Shown: in pieces, positions 44,618-57,870 of the stretch
Numbering within the stretch: position 1 is the stretch's first letter
How the letters are laid out: every line of letters begins with the position of its first letter
NCBI GenBank assembly: GCA_013239625.1
Contig: MU053482.1
Location: forward strand, 2,953,168 to 3,017,167
Direction of reading: 5' to 3'
DNA: 64,000 nt
Source of the DNA: Lama guanicoe
Lineage: Eukaryota
The notes under the pieces: generated by a model
The model's database searches: none
The model's input: the letters and a program-made list of their open reading frames with translations, nothing else
Told to the model about the DNA's origin: nothing
Position numbers and translations under genes: made by a program

Positions 44618-45711
44618 TGACATTGGATTTAGCAATATTTCTTAGATATGGCATTAAAGGCACAGGTAACAAAAGAAAAAAAAAACAGACTGGACTTCAT
44701 GAAATTAAAAATTCTGTGCATCAAAAGCACTATCCACAAAATAAAAAGGCAACCCACACAATGGGAGAAAATATTTGCAAATCATGTATCTGATAAGGGA
44801 TTAATATCCAGAATATATAGAGAGCTTCTAAAACTCAACAACAAAACAACTCGATTAAAAATGGGCAAAGGCTTGGAACAGACATTTCTCCAAAGAAGAT
44901 ATACAAATGACCAATAAGCACATGAAAAGATGTTAACATTACTATTAGGGAAATGCAAATCAAAACGACAGGAGATATTACCGCACATCCACTAGGATGG
45001 CTACTTTCAAAAAACCCGGAAAATAACAAGTGTTGGTGAGGATACAGAGAAAGGGGAATCCTTATACACTGTTGGTGGGAATGTAAAATGATACAACTCC
45101 TGAAGAAACAGTATGGTAATTCCTTAACACATTAAAAATAGAATTACCATATGATCCAGAAATTCCACTTTGAAAGAACTAAAAATGGATTCTTAAAAAG
45201 ATATCTATGCAACCATGTTCTTAGCTGCATTATTCACAATAGCTAAAACATCAAAGCAACTCAAGTGTCCTTTGACTAATGAACAGATAAGCAAAACTTA
45301 GTATATACATACAATGGAATATTATTTAGCCTTAAAAAGGAAGGAAATTCTGCAATATGCTATAACATGGATGAACCTTGAGGATATCATGTTAAGTGAA
45401 AGAAGCCAGTCACAGAAAGACAAATACTGTATGAGCCCACTTACATGAGGTACTTATAGCATTCAAAATCATAAAGACAGAAAATATAATGGTGGTTACC
45501 AGGGGACAGGGAGAGAGGTGAATGGTGAATTACTGTTTAATAGGTATAGAGTTTCAGTTTTACAACATGAAAAGAGTTATGGGGATGGATGTGGTGACAG
45601 TTGCACAACAATGTGAATGTATTTTATACCACTGAACTATACACTTAAAATGGTTAAGATGATAAATTTTATGTTAGATGTGTTTTACCACAATAAAAAG
45701 AGAAAAAAAAA
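44618..45711 (+). mobile_element. L1MA-type 3' portion (ORF2 C-terminus and 3'UTR)
   Basis: ORF 44648-44917 KIKRQPTQWEKIFANHVSDKGLISRIY is L1 ORF2; ends aataaa+A-rich tail. Confidence 0.92.
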
Positions 45712-46239
45712 TGAGCTCACAATCATGAATGGTAGTAGTCATTCACCACAGTCTGATAATTCAGAAAGTATGTTATGAAAGCAAAAGTACGAAGATTATG
45801 GTGTACTGTGATAATTTCATTTCAGGTTAGCATTGCCCCATGGAGGTGGGAAGATTCAACATGTAAATATGTACTTATAAATAGTAGCAGCAGCCAGGGG
45901 CTCAAGGATTTGTAGGGCAGAGGCATAGCTGCACAAGGTCACAGTGCAATGGCTGGAAGCCCACATAGGAAGTTATGGATATCTCCGGAAAATATAAGCA
46001 CCTGCCCGGGTAGAGGAACAGCAAGCAGTTTCAGGGATGTGCGGAGGCAGCGAGGCAGGTCAGGCATCTAGAAAGCTAGCAAAGGCCATCTAGCTCTAGA
46101 TGTCCTATGTGTACTGGTTCACAACTATATTAGGATAAAAAGGGTCAGGGTGTATCCCCTGGAAAAGCACCTGTCTTTCCGTGTGTGAATTTAAATCCTC
46201 TTGATTAAATTTCGATAGTGTTAACACTATCTTAGAGAC

Positions 46240-46432
46240 TATTCTGATGTAGATAAACAAGATTACACTGTATAGCACAGGGAAATATACACAAAATGTT
46301 ATGATAAATCAGAGAAAAAAATGTGACAATGAGTGTGTATATGTCCATGAATGACTGAAAAATTGTGCTGAACACTGGAATTTGACACAACACTGTAAAA
46401 TGATTATGAATCAATAAAAAATGTAAAAAAAA
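46240..46432 (+). mobile_element. Short lineage-specific L1 3' end
   Basis: gataaacaagattacactgtatagcacagggaaatat...gacacaacactgtaaaatgattatgaatcaataaaaaa. Confidence 0.8.
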
Positions 46433-47769
46433 TAATTTGGAGGGAAAACACAATTAGAAAGCTTTGATTTCAAGCGATTTTTAACTTGAATTTTATTACC
46501 AAGTAAATAATTTAAGGAAAATGAACTTCCTTACACTAATTTCTACTTACTGGATGAAAGCAGAAATCACAGTACTATTGAATTAGAACTTTGAGACACA
46601 TCTTTTCCATTTTTAGTTTCCACCTACTCAACTCTTCCAGACACACAGACACACACAAATTAAATTATTTTGTTAGAATTACGAAAAGCAAAGTAAGTCT
46701 TGAAAGCATCCTTACAAACAACAAAATCAGTATCTCAGGGCCTAAATTTCTGAATTTTACTGAAATTCTGACTCAAAAACTTAAGGCTCTCTTGTCAATG
46801 ACCAAATAAAGATTCAAATTGTAGGTTGCATCTACAGTAGAGTCAACTGTGGGTGAAGTAACTGCAACTGTTACTTTAGCGCCTCCATTTTCTAAGGGTT
46901 TTATTTTCTAACTGTGGTCTTCAGAGAATGAGTGACGGATAGCCAGAGTGATTCACTAAACTGGTGCCCACGCAAAGTGGAGGCTACAGAGCAGTAAATA
47001 CTAGGGTTAGACCTTGAAATGTTTCTGACTGATAGAATATTCTCTGATGAGTCACCTAAGCTACTAGCTTAAGTTCTTTATAAAGATAACACCTTCCTGA
47101 GTTGAATGTGTATCTGACAGAGGTAGATCAACCTATTTTTGAGAAGAAAAACAGTATTATAAGTATATAAGTTATATACAGTGGGGTAAGAGTTCAAATT
47201 CAGTATACATAAGTGGCAGTAGATTTTTCTGCCCATCATCAAACACTTGCAGAAGTGTGTACATCTGCTGGTATGAAAGCACAAATGTGAAAGTAGATAG
47301 GCATGCACAAACACACGTGTTAAATCATTTTTTTTTGGAAGTATAGACTCATAAGTTAAAAGAAATCTCAAAAATAGTTTAATTTTTTCATTTACACATG
47401 GGGATGCTGAGACATATAGATGCAAAGGGACATAACCAAGGTCACACAGCTAGTTAGAGCAGTGCTGAAACCAGAAAATGATGTTTTATAAGGTAATAAA
47501 TAATTTGGCCACATCTTCTCTTTCTGGACTTCCTGAGAACTACTCACTTGTGTAGATGTCATCCTGCAGGTAAAAGAACTGAATGCTCTGTGTGCTGAAC
47601 ATACTCTTTGCTTTCTCACTGCCAGGAGGACCCTGGTTAAGCTATTCATTCCACCTGGAATCTCTCCTTCCAATCTCTAATGGCTAAAAATCCTACCCAT
47701 TCTCCAAAGGCCTATTCAAATGCTACCTCTTTGAAAATGCTTTTCCTAGTGACTCCCTATTTTCCCATC

Positions 47770-48185
47770 TGTTGTGGACTGTTTGTATCCCCCTAAAATT
47801 CGTATGTTAAAGCTCTAACTGCCCCCTCAGTGTGGCCGTATTTGAAGGAATTAATTAAGGTTAAACGAGGTCATAAGGTCAAGGCCCTAATCTAGTAAGA
47901 CTGGTGTCCTTATAAGACGAGATACTAGAGAGCTCTCTCTCTCCCAGTCCCAGCTCGCTTTCCCCTCTCCCTTCCCTCCCCGAATCCTCTCCATATATGC
48001 ATAAGGCAAGGCCCTGTGAAAACTTAGCAAGAGGTGGCTGCAAGGCAGCAGAGTCCTTAACCAGAAACCAAATTGGCTGGAACCCTGATCTTGGATTCCC
48101 AGTCTCCTTAAACTTGTGCTGTTTAAACCACCCAGTCTATGGCATTGTGAGTATTTTACTACGGCAGCCTGGGCAGACTAAGACA
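47770..48185 (+). mobile_element. MaLR solo LTR (MLT1A-like)
   Basis: tgttgtggactgtttgtatcccc...gcagactaagaca; TG..CA ends; TSD ccatc/ctatc. Confidence 0.85.
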
Positions 48186-49539
48186 CTATCTTATACAGAA
48201 CTTTGTTTATACTTATCTAACAATTATTTCACTCTATTTTTACATTCAGGACAATTTTTGTTCAAGAATGTGCTAAAGTGCCATGTTAGAACCTCTCTCA
48301 GAATTATATAAGGTAGAACAATTTTTGACAGATTTTAGTTGCCAATGTGGTAAAATGTAATAGCAATAAAGAGTATAAGTATTTGTATTACAACAAAAAT
48401 GATCAAAGTACAGAGGGTTTTTAAAAATAAGTAATTCCCTACTGTTTTATAAGAAAATGTATTATGTGAAATCAGTTCCTATATTGTTCCTATTTCTACA
48501 CAGTCATTAAGAGATGATAAATATTTATCAAAAGGCCAACTTTTTAATTAGGTTTTAAAAACTAAGCATTAAACTATTAATCAATTAGACATAAATTACT
48601 TAAAAGTTTTGTGTACATATCGTCCCTCTCTTAAGAGCCTTTGAGGGCAGAGACCATCTTTGGCACATCTTGACATCAATTCAAATGTCTGGTTAAAGTA
48701 TCTTAAATATGGGCATTTCACATATGTAGAATGCTCGCTGAATTCTAAAAAAGTTAATTACGTATTTTCTAGGGGTTTGCCTCTAATATTACAATTTTCA
48801 TTCTAATTTTATTAGCTGGCGATGTTACCCAAGAGTATAATAAAACTATTTAATTTCTCACAGTCATTCCAGATCGTTCTCTGACTTCTTCCTGGCAATC
48901 CTCTTCCATCAGTACTAAAGCACTCCTATGACTGAGGGTTCCCTCTGCTTTCATTTCCCCAATACTTAAATCTCCCTCTGAAAGGGGTCTCTCTTTATCT
49001 TTTTGCCTCTCACATCATATAAAAATCTATCAGTGACAAACAGGGACAACTGCAAAGCTGCAGAAATTAAAAGCAGACCTCTTAAGTTAGGTACAAAATG
49101 TTCCCCTTTGGACATAAAGGGAATTTGCTGAGTCACTGAGTTAAGCATTTATAGCACCACGTAATTTATTTTCTGCTGTAATAACTTCTTCTGTAATTCA
49201 GCAGCTCCTCCACAAGTCTCCATCAAATCTATGATTTCTCAAAAATGCTAACAATGCTGACTAATAAGAAGGAAACAGTGCTACCTAAGCAAAATTAAAC
49301 TAGAAAAACAATCTATTTATAAAGTGCTCTTTAGGGACAAGTTATTAATAAATTCTTTGCTTTCATTACACATAAAGAGAGTCATAAGTTTTGCATTTTC
49401 CATTCTTTTCTCAATTATGTTATCAGGCTGCACCTCACCAAAAGGTTTCTAATTTCTGTCCTTAGGCCTTTCCCTACTACACAAACAACAAGAATTCACA
49501 ACCAAAGAAGCTAAAAGCTACAGGTTTAAAGCTAGCATC

Positions 49540-49805
49540 CTATTAGCTGCGTGTGGCTGCAGATATGTTTCATTTTTTGGCTGCCCAGGGTTTAAAAAAA
49601 ATTAAGCCAACACTTAAAAATGAATAGACTACATAAAAGCTCAATTTCTAACTTCTCTTGAAAAACTGAAAGACATGGTAACAGTGTCCCTGCATTCTTG
49701 CACAGTGACAGCTGCTGGAGCTGAGTAGGGGCTGCACTCATTCGTTTGGCCTGCTTAACTCATCTGCCTTGTTTGGCCTCCACAGGCATTTGGTTTGTAT
49801 CCCTT
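49540..49805. mobile_element. MER102-like hAT relic
   Basis: acttctcttgaaaaactgaaagacatggtaacagtg...gctggagctgagtaggggctgc; related copy at ~56150-56410. Confidence 0.55.
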
Positions 49806-52562
49806 GCTAAAAGCAAACATACTATAGATAACTTTCTACGTGGATCTTTCCCTAAGTATTCTAATCAACACTGGCCTGTTACATAGCCTCCTAAGTGGTC
49901 TCTGTTCCTCTAGTTGGTCAACCCCCTTGAACAGATTCTACACTGCTGTTAAGTTTCTGAAACACACTCAGGTCACTGCCCTGTTCTGGAGTATTCTATT
50001 GCATGCTTCTTAGTGACTAGACAGTAAAATTAATCTAAACTCCTTAACATGACACTGTAGGCATTCTGTGATTAGATTCCAAATTACCTTTCCTGTTATA
50101 TTTTCCACATCTAATGACTAAGTAGATTGACACTATCCTAAAAGTAAGTGTCAAATGGCCTGCTTATGATGAAGTTCTGCTCTTTTCAACATATTAGTCA
50201 ATGACTTAAATAACAAGAAGTTTGATTTTCAAATTTAAGGAGGAGAAGGAATAGGAAATATTCATAGTTCACTTTCTTCCATCCTGTGAGATGTGTGCCT
50301 TAGTGTTTTTATTGCCTTTGGCAAGTGCTTGCCCATGGAAAACAAAAAGATCTGGGGTCAGTGGTGTTTTAAGATTACACAAATGTCAATCATAAACATA
50401 AAGATATAAATAAAGCTCCTTCACCTTCTATGGCATAGTAGGCTTTCCTAAAGCATTTTTGGATATAGAATCTCATTATTTTCAAGACCAAGAAGAAAAG
50501 CAGGATGACAGATAAAAGATATAAATAAACTGAAGCAATGTTTACATAAAATAAGATTTGCGTTTGGAAAGAGGCTCTCTGCACAGCACTGGCACCTAAG
50601 GATAAATTATACTACAACACCAAACAAAGCACCAAAGATATGTTTAACAATCTGCTGGGGGCTGGGATGGTAATTCTAAAGTGTGCTGTCATTTATAAGG
50701 TTTAAAACATTGGGATGAAGCCACTGAAACAGCATAGAGTTGTGTTAGGAAGAAGTAACTGCCAATTGTGACACAGCATCCCACTAGAGAGAGAGTTATG
50801 CTGTAAAAATTTTAAGTTTGTTAATTCCAAAAAAGGCAACACAATCCAGATAATTTTAACTCAATTTTCTAGAGGATTCAAATTCCACTCCTGGTGGACC
50901 AATTTCTCATGATAACACTTGGCATGGGGCATGCCCAGATGTCAGCTGCAAAGCACTTCCCAGAAGTTATGTCAGCTTTAGTTAACTTTCTTGAATGGAA
51001 AAGATCACAGATTTCAGCTTTGGCCAAGTATAGTCTTTGCAAGTCTACCCTCACCCCTACCCTACAATTAAACAAATGAATTCATTTTATAAGAAAAACA
51101 ATAAAGCAAAGTGTGTTGTTTTTCCACAGCTTTCCTTATAACACCACAGATCTTTATAACATAATGAGTTAAGTCATCAAACATGCAACTGAGAAATGAA
51201 TTACTTAGTAAATAGACAAAAATTCTGGTCCAATACAAATATCTCCTTGAGAGATAGCACAAATGCACACGACAGCCAGAGAACATTTCAGAAAGAGTAT
51301 TCTAGGGCTTGCTTGAGCAAAACCAAACCTCTTCAATATTTGTTAACTTCTGAGAACTATGAATTAGTACTTTTATTATTGTTTTATGAAAAATTTCTTA
51401 CAAAATTCAGAGGTATCGGGATGAAGGGATGAAGTCAGTAAAATTTTGATTGTAACCAAGAGGAAGAACAAGAATTATTAATGGTGACACATCCCGAATC
51501 ACATAAGGTATACAACTGCATAATTTCAGCAGACATTTGTACTTTATGAAGTGGTTTAGCATGGGACCACTGTAAGCACTTCCAGATATGGTCTTTCATT
51601 TTTATGAAACTTCTAATGCAGTTCTTGAAAATATCTTTTCTCACACTAATCAATATTTCTTTTAAGTCATATTCCACTGCAAAGTTAATAAAAATTGTAT
51701 AATTTATATTGGTCCTCTTACCCAAACATCTATGATAGCTCCTTATTGATCATATCTGGATGTCAGAACTTGGCGGAGATCTACATAATGATAACAATAG
51801 TAGCTAACACTTACATAACACTGACTATGTAGCAGTATTTTTGTTATGTATTTTTTGGGTAAAAATAACAGCTCAAAAGTTAGTAGCTTAAAAACCACCA
51901 TTTCATTATTTTTCACTACTTTATCAGTTGACTAATGGTTAGGAGAATGGGTTCTGGACTCAGACTACTTGAGTTTAAATAACTCTCGGTAAATTACTTA
52001 ATTTTTCTGTGCTTCACTTTCTTCATCTGTTAAATGAAGATATAAGTAGGATTTTTAATCTCATAACCCTTCAATATTATGACTATGAGCATTCAGTGGC
52101 ACGGTATATGGAAAGTGCTCAGTACGGTGTCTAGTACCTAGGGATTGTTCAATCAATGCTAGGTATTATTATCATCCCATTTTATAAGTTCTTTTCTTCC
52201 AACTCAATAATCATAATACATCGTAAGTTCCTCAAAGGCAGAGAGGCTAGATATTCTATTTTGAGGCTCCTCATTTAGCCTACCAAAGGGTTGTGGACGT
52301 AAAGAAAGAGCTGAATAAATACTTATTGATTTGAATCAGTAGGTGTGATGAATAGGTAGGTGTCCCTCATTTTTTATTAACTTGTCTTATAGGCAAACTT
52401 ACAGATCTGGGAAAAGGGCTTGAAGTTAATTTTTGGACCCTAAAATCTCAGTGCTTCCCTCCCTCCAACCTGGAGGTACTGTCTTTACAACCAGTGCCTA
52501 CTTGTAAAGTATGTTATTAAGCTATATTAGACATCATCAGCATTTTCACAAAAGTTAATGAC

Positions 52563-52742
52563 CAGAGTCTCAGGGTTTTGCGACCCTCAAAGACCTCAGT
52601 CCAACTGTGGAACTTTTAAGACATGTCCAGGTCTCAGCCCCAGAGATTTTTGATTTCAACTGAACTTTGATGGGAGTTTTGCATCAGTTGGCTTTAAAAG
52701 CACTCCAGGTGATTCTAATATGTAGCAGAATTGAGAGTCATG
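52563..52742. mobile_element. MER5-like MITE
   Basis: cagccccagagatt...aaagcactccaggtgattctaatatgtagcagaattgagagtca. Confidence 0.7.
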
Positions 52743-53327
52743 AATCCAGGCAAAAGGATTAGAGCTCATTTAGAGCAATGTATGTTCTGGAATCAGGGGA
52801 CTTGGGCTCTTGGACTGAACACGGGATAATCAATTTAATTCAACAAACTTTTTGGTGAGGTGCTCTGGACCATTTAAAGATGGAATGGGTTTCAAATCTT
52901 TTTTTAAAATGTAATTTTAGCTTTTATTCAAATGCGATCTTATTTGTGAACTCAATGTACGCAAAAGAAACAAAAGGAAGTGGGTTGGGGGTAGGAATTT
53001 CTGCTGTATCATATTAGCCTTCCTACTGCTCTTCTCAGTAGGAAGCTCACTCTCCAACCCTGCATTTTCCTCCTGTAATTTTGGCGGCACACTTGCTTCT
53101 TATCCCAAGGTTGCAGATTTCACTTCTCCTAGGGCATAATCAAAATGAGGACAAGTGTTTGTCGCAGAGCTGCGGGGCACAAAATACACATACTCACAAG
53201 AACTCTGGCCCAGGAGGGTTCCTATCTGCTCGAGCCCTATGGGAGGCACTACAGTCTGGGTCCAGTTTCTGACTTCCTACTTAGACCCTCCTATGTGTTT
53301 TCTGAGCTAAATCAAGGTTTAAACACT

Positions 53328-53584
53328 TGTACAACATTATAAACTGACTATACTTCAATAAAAATATATATATATATATATACACACAAAAAAACCCCAA
53401 GTTTCTTCTGTATAGCACAGGGAACTATATTTAATATTTTATAATAATCCTTAATGAAAAAGAATATGAAAATGAATATATATATATGTATATACATGAC
53501 TGGGACATTGTGCTGTATACCAGAAGTCGATACCCGGTAACTGACTGTACTTCAATTAAAAAAAAAAAGACTTTGAAAAAAAAA
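53328..53584 (+). mobile_element. Young lineage-specific L1 3' end with doubled terminal segment and A tail
   Basis: Two successive actgact(a/g)tacttcaat termini, ctgtatagcacagggaactatat motif, A-rich tail. Confidence 0.85.
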
Positions 53585-53600
53585 GAATTAACCACTTTTC

Positions 53601-54660
53601 GGGTGCTGGGAAAACTGGACAGCTACCTGTAAAAGACTGAAATTAGAACATTCCATAATACCATGTACAAAAATGAACTCAAAATGGATTAAAGGTCTAA
53701 GTGTAAGACCAGATACTATAAAACTCCTAGAGGAGAACATAAGCAGAACACTCGCAGACATACATTACAGCAATATATTTTTTGAACCAGCTCCTGGAGT
53801 ATTGGAATTAAAAGCAAAAATAAACAAATGGGGTCTAATTAAATTTAAAATCTTTTGCACAGCTAAGGATACCATCAACAAAATGACAAGACAACTTACA
53901 GAATGGGAGAAAATATTTGCAAATGATGTGACTGACAAGGGACTAATTTCCAAAATACACAAACAGCTCATACATCTTAATATCAAAGCAACAAGCAACC
54001 CAGTCCAAAAATGGGCAGAAGACCTAAACAAGCAATTCTCCAATGAAGACATACAAATGGCCAATAGGCACATGAAAAAATGCTCAGCATCGCTAATTGT
54101 CAGAGAAATAAAGACCAAAATTACAATGAGGTATCACTTCACACTAGCCAGAATGGCCATCATTGAAAAGTCTACAAATGATAGATGCTAGAGAGGGTGT
54201 AGAGAAAAGGAAACCCTCCTACACTGTTGGTGGGAATGTAGGTTGGTGCAGCCACTACAGAGGACAGTAGCGAGGTTCCTTAAAAAACTGAAAACAGATT
54301 TACCACGTGATCCAGCAATCCTACTCCTGGGCATATATCCACAGAAAAATAAAAATTCAAAAAGACACATGCATGCCAATGTTCATAGCAGCACTATTTA
54401 CAATAGACAAAACATGGAAACACCCCAAATGTCCATCAACAGATGACTGGATAAAGAAGATGTGGTACATAAATAAATGGAACACTACTCAGCCATGAAA
54501 AAGAATAAAATAATGCCATGTGTGCAATATGGATGGACTTGAAGACTGTCATTCAAAGTGAAGTGGGCTGGAAAGACAAAGAAAAATGCCATATGACATC
54601 ACTTATATGAAGAACCTAAAAAACAGTAACATTAATAATAAGGACACAAATGAACTAATT
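53601..54660 (+). mobile_element. Young L1 fragment: ORF2 C-terminus and start of 3'UTR
   Basis: 172-aa ORF 53673-54191 NSKWIKGLSVRPDTIKLLEEN...[22 protein letters not shown] is L1 ORF2. Confidence 0.95.
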
Positions 54661-56961
54661 ATTATTTTGATTTCTTGAATATGTGTAAGCACATTTGACT
54701 GTCCTTTATGACTGGATTAACACATTCTGCTGATTCTTATTTTGTAGTTGGCTTTATTCATTAGATAACTACATAAGTTTAAAAAGCTAAAGATCTAATC
54801 TGTTCTTAGAAACAATAATTAGTACATATATGAAAACTAAGAAAATGCGCAGTATACTGTTTATATGTATTTACATGCAATATAATGTGTATGTGCAGTC
54901 AAACTGTAGTAATCCTACATAATAAAACAGGAAAAAAAAGAATTAACCACTTTTCTCCAATTATCCTTGGTAATATTAAAAGAAAACCTAAGAAGATAAG
55001 TTATCTATTCAATTGTGTAAACACATTCCAAATATTTAATGGAAACCCCCTAAGGTGGTCAATATATAAGCCAAAGCTTCTAGGACTCAGATATTCAAAT
55101 AGTGTAATTACTTCCTAGTACTACACATGATGCCAGCACTCCCAAGTAGTTCATGTACTTTTAACTGCATTATTTAAAAAAAGCAATAATCTTTAAATAA
55201 TAAAAACCTACAGTCTAATGTTTCCTTCTAATCCTCATGTTGCCCATAAAAAAAAACACCATGTCTAGTCTAGGCCTGTAATAATTCAGTCATCTCCCTG
55301 CACTCCCCTCCCTGCTTCCTGCCCCTCTCCACCAAATTCATTAAGCCTGGCTAGTTCCTTTCTCAATTTGGGGGATATAAACGTTTTATACTGTATTCTA
55401 CTTATGGTGATAACAAAGTAAGAAGAGATATAGTTTTGGGAGAAGTCTATTTCCTCTAGAAGATGAAAACATTCAAACAAATTTATTAAGCTATTCTGTT
55501 GTAAAATTTTTGTTTTTAAATCTATGTGTTAGCAGTTAGTTTCTGACTACCCTGGAATCCTGCAACAGGATTCAAGACACCAGGTATGCTAAGGCTGAGG
55601 CAGAAATAGACTTACAGATACTGTGCAGCCCTGCCCCCATCTTCCTGGGTGACTTCTCAGCAGATGGGATGCCTCCTACCTTCACTGTATTTTCAGTGCA
55701 CCAACAGAATACATCACATTCCATACTACTATAGAATAAATTACAGCCTAGCTTCAGCTCATGATTATACTTCCTTGCTCATTGCTTTCTGGTAAAATAA
55801 ATGATTAATTGATTTTCAATGGCATCACATAACCTACTGAAAGATGGATCAAATTAGCAGTTTTCTTTAACTTTTATTCAAAAGCAGGAATTTTGCAACT
55901 TCTCTTGATCTCCTACATGTGACTCTCTTGTCCTGTCTCATTCTTTGGCTTGTCGTCCTTTTCTCATTCCATACATTTTCCCTCCAAGTTTCTGACCTCT
56001 ATTATTTTCTCTTCTCTCACCTCCCAACAAGGCTTGGTAATCATCTGTCTTTAGAAGACTCTCAAATTTTTATCTTTAGTCAGATCTTTCTTTCAAGTTA
56101 AAATCCTGCATTTCTCATTGTTTTTCACAGAGATCCACACAGAAGTTCTATAACAAAGGTTACAAATTGGTATCTTGCAGTTTTTTGTATTATTAATAAG
56201 CAGGACAATTTTTTAAAAGCTCTATCTTATTTTGAAAAGTGCAAGACCTGGCTACACTGTGCTCACATTTTTGCTGACAACAAATGACTGGAACTGAATA
56301 GAAGATGTTCCACTAACATGGAACAAGCATTCTCCAGTTCTGTACAATTTCCACTTCAATTATTTACATTACCTGTCTGGCTTCATTAACCATTTGAGTT
56401 TGCAATCTTGTCAGAGAGGATAGGAAGAAAAGATAGCAGGCCTGACAAGAACTTTTAGATTCCTTCTACCCCAAAGTGTCAATGTTCAGTGACAGCCTAC
56501 TTCTAAATCCATATATTTGCCATGATATCATTGGGGAGTTAGTCAGATATTGCTTGTTTTCAGTTCAGATAATCAGCATATGACCTTTCAGTAGGGAGTG
56601 TACAGCCTGATAAGTGGAGTGTGTTTGTGTGTGTGTGTGTTGAGGGGGGGTTGTTCTTATGGAAACTTGGAAGGTTATCTCAAAATTTCTTGACTCAAGA
56701 GCAATACACAAATCATGTCTTCCACTCCTCTACACCTTCCTCTTTCCCACATTACTGATTTGTTACTGCCATCAAAACTCAGCACAGAGCAGAAAGAATT
56801 AATTGGACAGTTGGTTTGAGTGTCAATTCTTATGTCAGACAACCAGTGTGTTCACCTATAGGACTTCTGATCAGCTTTTACTACATTCATAACACTTCCT
56901 GGAAGAACTGAGCTAAACTTGTATGGGGAAAAGGAAGAGGAGAAACAGGTGGGAAGGGTAT

Positions 56962-57195
56962 GATAATAATAAAAAAACAGCAGTAGTCATTAACATTTAT
57001 TGAAGGCTTATCATATGCTGGGAAGTAAAGCACTTTACATGTGCTACAGCATTTAATGCTCTTAATAACCATACAAGATAGGTACTATTATCATCCTTAC
57101 TTACAGTTAATGACACTGGCACAGAGAAGTAAAATAACATGCCCAAGGTCACGGAGCTATTAAGTCCCAGTCAGTCTGATTCCAGTGTCCACTCA
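56962..57195 (-). mobile_element. MIR SINE
   Basis: taacatttattgaaggcttatc...ggtactattatcatcc...gcccaaggtcacggagct. Confidence 0.8.
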
Positions 57196-57384
57196 CTAGA
57201 TGGTAAGCTTTGTGAAGGTGGAAGGAAGTTGTATTTTGGAAGCTGTGTACTGTGTAATGGTTAAAGGGATGGATTCTGGAGTTAGAACTGGAGTATAAAG
57301 TCTACTTATTACTCTTTTCAGAAACCAACTCTGGGTTTTGTTGATCTTCTGTACTGTATTTTTGTTTTTCCTTTTAATCGATTT

Positions 57385-57870
57385 TCTTCATTCATTAAGG
57401 ACTGACTGTGTGCTAGACAAAATCCAGGAGGTGGAGAGAGACCAGTGAATTAACGAAAATTTCTGCTTTCCTGAAGCTTACATTCCAGTGGCAAGACACA
57501 GGAAATAAGTGCAATAAATGTGTGTGATGCACATATACCTACAAAAGAGCAGAGAAGGGGGAGCAAGAGTACTGGAGAGGGATGGGTAAAATGTTAAACA
57601 GGGTTATTAGGATAAGCCTCACTGAGAAGGTGACATTTAAGCAAAGATATGAGAGAACTGAGGGACAGAAACATAGAGTTAATTTAAGAAGTGCCTCTGA
57701 GTACGATGAGAAGCAACTGGAGGGTTTTAAAGCAGAGCAATGATATGATTTGACATGTTTTAAAAGGGTAACTTAGGCAGCTGTGTTGACAACAGAATGC
57801 AGGTGGCAAAGGTGAAAGCAGGGACGCCAATAAGAGGGCAGTAATCCAGGCAAGAAACTGCCTTGGCTTA
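57385..57870 (+). mobile_element. L2 fragment
   Basis: ctgtgtgctagac...gaagcttacattccagtgg...gcctcactgagaaggtgacatttaagcaaag. Confidence 0.75.

Noticed and set aside
53673..54191. Longest ORF in the window (172 aa)
   Set aside because: L1 ORF2 C-terminal fragment, not a host gene
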